Virus record (IMG/VR): IMGVR_UViG_3300020429_000539
Location: 424,052 to 488,051 of that record
Origin: a virus
Taxonomy: Duplodnaviria > Heunggongvirae > Uroviricota > Caudoviricetes
Reading direction: 5' to 3' (one strand)
DNA: 64,000 nucleotides
The first letter of the stretch is position 1. Every line of letters starts with the position of its first letter. Under the pieces are notes generated by a model. The model did not search any database, was not told the DNA's origin, and was given only the letters and a program-made list of their open reading frames with translations. Below are positions 59,112-64,000 of the stretch, in pieces. Both the position numbers and the translations under genes were made by a program.

Positions 59112-59624
59112 TTACCCGATGTCTATATATTCTCTATCGGGCTGTTCAGGCTCGACCGTTTCAAGCCTGATTCGGAGAATGCCATCTTCGAGGCGGGCCT
59201 CTTGGACCTCGATCAAGTCGGAAATTCTCAAAGCCTGTTTGAAACTTCTGAGCGCAAGGCCTTGATGAAGAACTGACTTCGAGTTGGCTTGTTCTTCTTC
59301 TTGACTCAGAGAAGGCTTTGCGCCCTCGATAATGAGTTGTTGATTTTCGCGATAGATACTGATGTCTTTCCGCGAAAAACCCGCTACCGCCATTTCTAGT
59401 AAATAACCGTTGTCTAGTTTGAAAAGATTGTATGGGGGATACGTGTCTAGCTTTTTTGGGACGCCCTGAAAAAGGCGTTCAAACATCTCATCGAATCCGA
59501 TGCTTGAGTTGAAAAAGCTGTCCAGAATAGGACTGTTAAAGTTGAGAGGGTGTTCGCTTCCCAGCGTTACCTCTTGCCGATTCTGAGTCGGCGCACGTCG
59601 AGAAAGACTCTTGCCGTTTACCAT
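59112..59624 (-). CDS. Small heat-shock protein (Hsp20/IbpA-like)
   Basis: IGFD, YPPYNL, EMAVAGF, HQGLALRSF, ARLEDGIL. Confidence 0.95.
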   Translation of the reverse strand: MVNGKSLSRRAPTQNRQEVTLGSEHPLNFNSPILDSFFNSSIGFDEMFERLFQGVPKKLDTYPPYNLFKLDNGYLLEMAVAGFSRKDISIYRENQQLIIEGAKPSLSQEEEQANSKSVLHQGLALRSFKQALRISDLIEVQEARLEDGILRIRLETVEPEQPDREYIDIG

Positions 59625-59686
59625 AGCTTACCTCCTTATAAAGCAAGGTCAACATTTATCCAACGAACCTCACATGAGCGTTCGTC
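59622..59686 (-). promoter_or_regulatory. ROSE-like RNA thermometer in hsp20 5' UTR
   Basis: ACCUUGCU-UUAUA-AGGAGGU: UUGCU with bulged G pairs with the SD; preceded by hairpin ACGAAC...GUUCGU. Confidence 0.75.
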
Positions 59687-59734
59687 TACACATTAATTCG
59701 GTAAGCACATGCATTTTGGTTTAGGTATTCACAC

Positions 59735-59766
59735 AAAAAAGCCCCCATCCGAAGATGAGGGCTTTT
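59735..59766 (-). terminator. Intrinsic terminator after Ro60 gene
   Basis: Minus strand AAAAGCCCUCAUC-UUCG-GAUGGGGGCUUUUUU. Confidence 0.9.
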
Positions 59767-59787
59767 GTTTGTAGGGATTACTCCCAG

Positions 59788-61491
59788 TTAGTCACGAACG
59801 AAGTTCGCGATGACCTGCGGAGCCGCAGAGTCGAAGCCCGCAATGTCCAGCATTCCGGCGTCGTTCGGGTCAGCGATGCTGAACTCCGTCTGAGCCGTTC
59901 CGAGAACGACGAGCTTCGCCTCAGGGTTGATGGCCTTACGGTAGTTACGAAGGGCCTCGTGCGGGTGGATCGAGCCCGCCCAAGTCTCATTGTCCGTGTA
60001 GACGCAGAAGACATCAACCTCAAGCTTGCGGTCGAGGGCGTAGAGCATCGGCAATGCACAGTCGGTTCCGCCCCAACCAAACTTCTGCATCGTGCTACAC
60101 ACTGTATCCAGCCTCATGCGAGACGAGATGTTCAACGTGTCGATACCAGTGCCCCAACCGTAGCGGGACTGTCCCTTGACCTGGAAACCGCTTCCGTTCG
60201 AGAAGCCAACGACATGCGTCTGCTTCTCGGCCTTCATCGTTGCAAGCGCCATGACAGCCGCCGCCTCACGGTTGGAAAGCATTTCCATACCCATGCAGCG
60301 CGAACTCATCGAGCCCGAACAGTCGATTGCCAGCAAGTGGCGCTTGCCAGTTGCCTCGACGTTCTTGAAGCTCATGTAGAAAGCTTCGTCCAGCGCATCA
60401 ACGATGCTCTGGTCTGCCTTCCAAGTGAGCTTGCCACGGAATCCACCACCAGACTGGTAGGTCTTCAACGCCGCGAGGACGTTGATTGGGTGGATGCGGC
60501 TGCGCGAAACGTATTCCGCGTCCGTGATGCGCTCGATAACCATGCCGGTCTCTTCGCCCATTGGGGTCAGCAGACCGTTGGCCGTCATACGACCAAGGTT
60601 GCGGATGGTTGCGTTCAGAGGCATGCTTGGGAGCAAAGCCTTCCAAACAACAGGATCACCCGAGAGTTCCTTCGGCACAACCTCGTGTGGGAGATTGTAC
60701 TGCTCGATAAGCTCAGCAGCTTCCTTGGCAGTCTTGGCCTTCTTGACCTTTTCGGTACCAACCAAGATGTTGAGGGGCTTGCTGACCCTCGAAGGCAGCT
60801 TGTCCCCGAATCCACCGTTCACGATGTAACGGAAGAGACGGTCGCGGTCCTTATCCTTCGTGACAGGGTGAGCCTTACGCATCAAGTCGCGGTGCGACCA
60901 GACCGAAGCCTTCTCGCCCTGCTCCGTGGTTCGCTGCGGGTACTTTACGACCTGGTAGGCGCAGCGGCCCAGTTCCATGTCGAGGTACCAGTTTGCGATT
61001 GCGTTACGGAGGCCCGTGCCCCAACCACGGAAGGCATCAACGAACTGCGAGAAGATGAACAGGTGCGTTCCGATACGCGCAACCTTCGGCAGCGCTTCGA
61101 GAGCCAGCTTCCTGGTCTCGATGTCAGACTGCGAAAGCTCCTGCTTTTCAGAGCCGCAAGCTGCGGCCATTGCCAACGCGAAGAGAGCAGGAGTGTTCTT
61201 TGCAGCACGACCCTCGTCCGAAACGTCCACGATCATCTGAACAGTGCGCGCACCGTCTGCCTGCAAGCATCGCTCAACGCACTTGGCGTTATCACGAGTC
61301 AACTTGCGCTCACCGACGTAGTAGGTTCCACCTTCGCTACCCATGATCAGGAAGCGCTCAAGGCGGTCCCAATCGGAGATGACGAAGCTGAATCCACCAG
61401 CGTTGTTCTTTTCCTGATTCGGCGAAGCCTGTTCGGTCTGCGGCGTCTCAGTCTTGTTCCTGCTGTAGTGCTTGGTGTATCCCACTTTCAT
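59788..61491 (-). CDS. Ro60/TROVE-domain RNA-binding protein (Rsr) with C-terminal vWA
   Basis: NNAGGFSF, RFLIMGSEGGTYY, GWG, KYPQR, WSHRDL, RNLG, IHP, AIDCSGSM, GGTDCALPM, TDNETW, AGFD; AAGGAG RBS. Confidence 0.95.
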   Translation of the reverse strand: MKVGYTKHYSRNKTETPQTEQASPNQEKNNAGGFSFVISDWDRLERFLIMGSEGGTYYVGERKLTRDNAKCVERCLQADGARTVQMIVDVSDEGRAAKNTPALFALAMAAACGSEKQELSQSDIETRKLALEALPKVARIGTHLFIFSQFVDAFRGWGTGLRNAIANWYLDMELGRCAYQVVKYPQRTTEQGEKASVWSHRDLMRKAHPVTKDKDRDRLFRYIVNGGFGDKLPSRVSKPLNILVGTEKVKKAKTAKEAAELIEQYNLPHEVVPKELSGDPVVWKALLPSMPLNATIRNLGRMTANGLLTPMGEETGMVIERITDAEYVSRSRIHPINVLAALKTYQSGGGFRGKLTWKADQSIVDALDEAFYMSFKNVEATGKRHLLAIDCSGSMSSRCMGMEMLSNREAAAVMALATMKAEKQTHVVGFSNGSGFQVKGQSRYGWGTGIDTLNISSRMRLDTVCSTMQKFGWGGTDCALPMLYALDRKLEVDVFCVYTDNETWAGSIHPHEALRNYRKAINPEAKLVVLGTAQTEFSIADPNDAGMLDIAGFDSAAPQVIANFVRD

Positions 61492-62002
61492 TCTCCTTAT
61501 CTTCGACTCTTTGCCTATTCAAAGAGTTAGCAAGCTGGCTTACGTGCCAGCAACTCCGCTTCTCGGAGTACCTTTGACGGTTTTCTTCAATGAACATCAT
61601 CGCCTGTTCGACGCTGACCTTCGCAAGCTCGCGAGCTTCATGTTTGAAGCTATGAAACTCAAAGTGCCTGACTTCTTCTCTGGGGTCGAAGGGCGTTACA
61701 AAGCCTACTTCGAAGTTGGGACTAGTATAATCTGCATACCTGAAAGAAGTCAAATCATATTCTTCAGGAAACAGAAAATCTCTACCAGAAAGCCAGATTC
61801 CAAGAGTTCTGTGGTGGCCGTCATGAAGAAAAAGCTTTTTATCCTCAAACTGACGAACCTGAATTTTTACGTCTCCTCCGTATCTTTGCAGAACATCCAT
61901 ACTGAACATACCACCTTTGTTGGCATGTTCCATCATCCTTTCAATGAGGTCAGGGTTTCTGAGCCCGCATTGAGTCGGCATCAAATGGTCAATAAAGAGC
62001 AT
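61448..62002 (-). CDS. ParB/Srx-like domain protein
   Basis: LMPTQ...LFLHDGHHRTLG; start moved to MLFID (ATG 62002); overlaps Ro60 start. Confidence 0.65.
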   Translation of the reverse strand: MLFIDHLMPTQCGLRNPDLIERMMEHANKGGMFSMDVLQRYGGDVKIQVRQFEDKKLFLHDGHHRTLGIWLSGRDFLFPEEYDLTSFRYADYTSPNFEVGFVTPFDPREEVRHFEFHSFKHEARELAKVSVEQAMMFIEENRQRYSEKRSCWHVSQLANSLNRQRVEDKENESGIHQALQQEQD

Positions 62003-62146
62003 CGTTTGTTCGCCTATATCAGTAGACACTGATATTATAGGCGATTGCATGTTCACCTGATCAATATTCAGTTGTATACGACTTGGGTAGGTCGTGTTAC
62101 GTATTTCGACTATAGCCATGAATGGCTTTAGTCTTTCACACTAAAA

Positions 62147-62325
62147 GCGGAAGGAGGGATTCGAACCCCCTATTCGGCATACCCGTGCATGCTCAGGATT
62201 ATAGCCGCGACCGATGTTCCGCTTTCTTGCCATGAGCTATTGCGCATTTCGCTCTAGGCTGCCCAGGTTCCCATTCTAGTCTGACGCAGGTTGTGGCCTG
62301 CCGCCTTCCAGTTGGCTTCTTCCGC
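62147..62325 (-). ncRNA. tRNA-like RNA with ~115-nt internal insertion (candidate Y-RNA-type tRNA mimic or interrupted tRNA)
   Basis: 7-bp acceptor GCGGAAG/CUUCCGC, D arm GCC-AACUGGAA-GGC, stem GCAGG/CCUGC with 6-nt loop, T arm GGGGG-UUCGAAU-CCCUC; no encoded CCA. Confidence 0.75.
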
Positions 62326-62328
62326 AAG

Positions 62329-62349
62329 AGAGCCGAGTATATCGGCTCT
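62329..62349. other. Hairpin between the beta-helix gene stop and the tRNA-like RNA (terminator or processing signal)
   Basis: AGAGCCGA-GTATA-TCGGCTCT. Confidence 0.55.
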
Positions 62350-62361
62350 TGGTTTCACTTG

Positions 62362-64000
62362 TTACGACAAAGCGTCGTTTCTGAATCTTTCCACGATGTT
62401 TATTGGGTCATCCGGCATAATGCCATTCAGTAGATTGGCTTCGAGGTTTGTTCCATAAACATCTGTCATTTTAGGAGCAGTGTAGTTTATGGGAGTATTG
62501 TCATTGCTCTCGAAATCATTCAGAGTAACGTCTCTTCCCGAACCTGATACACGATATATGTCGTTTATCGGAGTTCCAAGACCATCTTCAAGGCTGTACC
62601 TGTTATTGGCTACAACAAGATTGCCATTGACGGGACTATCAAAGAGAACCAAAGCTCCAAATCCAACTACAATGTTTCCGCTGATGGTTACTGTGGCATT
62701 GCCTGGGGCATCATTGTCATACATGAGTCCTCTATTTTGTTTTGTTCCATCGGAAATCAACACGTTGTTTGTAATTTGAGAAGTTTGATCAACGGGTCTC
62801 AGATGCAGTCCCCAGTTACGAAGAGCTTTATTGTTGATAGCTTCGCCTTCAATAACAAGGTTGTTATCGCAAATATAACGACAGTCTTTGTCTCCTGCGG
62901 TATTGATTGCTTCAGGCGAGCCACCAAACGCCGCGATAGCATTTCTATGGAAAACGTTGTTTTCCATCACTCCGCCAGAGCGAAGTTGAATACCGTGCGA
63001 ACCGTTGCGGTAAACGTAGTTATTACGGAAGATGATAGGCAAACCAAGGTCAGGACGGTCATCACACCAATACTGAGTGTAGACACCATGGCTGTAGACG
63101 GAGGCATTCGCTCTATCGTCATCTCTAATGTCTGCTGGTAGTTGTTGCCTAATAGGATCATGCCATGTAGTAAAGCCGTTCAAAGCAACGATGTTGTATT
63201 CAAAAACGATTCCTCGAACACCATTAAAGAAGCCGCCTTGAGAACGCTTGCTATGTCTATCAGGCGAGTCTGTGCCATCGATAGCTGACCCATTTCCGTT
63301 GCGAGCGATAATGCAACCCGCAACAGTAAGGTTTTCATACCATGAGTTACTATTCTTAGCGCCGCCGCCATTGTCGATAACAAAGCCATCTAGGAACCAT
63401 TGAATGTCCAAGTCTTCAAACCTGACATTCAGACCTTTATCAACGATGGAGATGCCTTTGCCACGGAATTCGTATCCTGGTGTAGGCCTAAAGCGGATTC
63501 CTGATATAAGCGCGTTTTCGCAGTATCCTTTGCCGTTGCCAATCATTGTCATTAGATTGGTGCCTGGTTCTCCAGGTCTTATGGTTGGCCTGTCTCCATC
63601 GCCGAAACGACCGAAGATAGCGGGCTTATTCGGATTGTTAGACTGCAAGAACTGTCCCCAACCCCAATATGTATCTCTCGTATTCACAATAAACTCGCCG
63701 CCAGCTTCCAACAAAAGAGCGGGTATCTTACCATTGTTTCTAGCGCTTTTAGCCTCTTCAACGTATGGGGTTATGTTGACAGGACTGCTTTGCTTCTGAA
63801 CTCGAATGACTTGGTAATCAGAGTCATTTAGGTTGATGCTATTGAGCATTGGTTCGAAGCCAGTTGGCTGAGGCGGCTCTGTAGGTGGTTCTGTAGGTGG
63901 TTCTGTAGGTGGTTCTGTAGGTGGTTCTGTAGGTGGTTCTGTAGGTGGTTCTGTAGGTGGTTCTGTAGGTGGTTCTGTAGGTGGTTCTGTAGGTGGTTCT
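62362..64000 (-). CDS. Right-handed beta-helix (pectin-lyase-fold) protein, 5'-partial, with TEPP repeat linker
   Basis: HGVYTQ, IFRNNYVYRNGSHGIQLR, MENNVFHRN repeats; frame stays open past 63849 through (TEPP)n. Confidence 0.75.
   Translation of the reverse strand, partial: EPPTEPPTEPPTEPPTEPPTEPPTEPPTEPPTEPPTEPPTEPPQPTGFEPMLNSINLNDSDYQVIRVQKQSSPVNITPYVEEAKSARNNGKIPALLLEAGGEFIVNTRDTYWGWGQFLQSNNPNKPAIFGRFGDGDRPTIRPGEPGTNLMTMIGNGKGYCENALISGIRFRPTPGYEFRGKGISIVDKGLNVRFEDLDIQWFLDGFVIDNGGGAKNSNSWYENLTVAGCIIARNGNGSAIDGTDSPDRHSKRSQGGFFNGVRGIVFEYNIVALNGFTTWHDPIRQQLPADIRDDDRANASVYSHGVYTQYWCDDRPDLGLPIIFRNNYVYRNGSHGIQLRSGGVMENNVFHRNAIAAFGGSPEAINTAGDKDCRYICDNNLVIEGEAINNKALRNWGLHLRPVDQTSQITNNVLISDGTKQNRGLMYDNDAPGNATVTISGNIVVGFGALVLFDSPVNGNLVVANNRYSLEDGLGTPINDIYRVSGSGRDVTLNDFESNDNTPINYTAPKMTDVYGTNLEANLLNGIMPDDPINIVERFRNDALS
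63881..64000 (-). repeat. Perfect 12-nt tandem repeat, 10 copies to window edge
   Basis: (GTAGGTGGTTCT)10 on + strand, encodes (TEPP)n on - strand. Confidence 0.97.

Noticed and set aside
59755-61530. 591-aa + strand ORF
   Set aside because: Antisense shadow of the Ro60 gene; no recognisable motifs and explained by that gene's codon bias.
61472-62032. 186-aa + strand ORF
   Set aside because: Antisense to the ParB-like gene, which has a real motif and operon context.
62147-62325. tmRNA, standard tRNA, or group I intron-containing tRNA (AAUCCUGAGC resembles a group I Q element)
   Set aside because: No G3-U70, no 7-nt anticodon loop, and no recognisable P, R or S elements; the insert is too short.
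63881-64000. Possible CRISPR array or iterons
   Set aside because: Head-to-tail 12-mers without spacers, in frame within a CDS.

Overview
Gene-dense, almost entirely co-directional DNA that reads like a large (jumbo-type) bacteriophage genome. This is inferred from a phage-type RuvC and dNMP kinase, a stand-alone sigma factor, many orphan genes and no ribosomal or housekeeping operons; no capsid, portal or large terminase gene lies in the window. Bases 1-26.8 kb hold a tightly packed island of 33 complete genes for glycan synthesis and decoration (glycosyltransferases, Maf/DUF115-like proteins, methyltransferases, Gmd, a CMP-ulosonate-like cassette, sulfo- and carbamoyltransferase). Bases 26.8-47 kb hold replication and expression genes (TopA, dNMP kinase, DnaX, SigH-like sigma, beta-clamp-like, HolA-like, DnaJ, RuvC-like, CCA-adding enzyme with HD domain). 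Bases 47-59 kb hold acidic putative virion proteins, two extensin-like Pro/Thr/Ser-rich paralogs and more glycosyltransferases. Bases 59-64 kb (minus strand) hold Hsp20 with a ROSE-like RNA thermometer, a Ro60/TROVE protein, a ParB-like protein, a 179-nt tRNA-like RNA with a ~115-nt insertion and a beta-helix protein with TEPP repeats. The best candidates for something new are (i) the tRNA-mimic RNA/ParB-like/Ro60 unit, (ii) a fungal/plant-like CCA-adding enzyme flanked by a recurring MNWYKxAQ-type peptide tag, and (iii) a probable virion glycosylation system. All family calls come from motif recognition by eye, not database searches.
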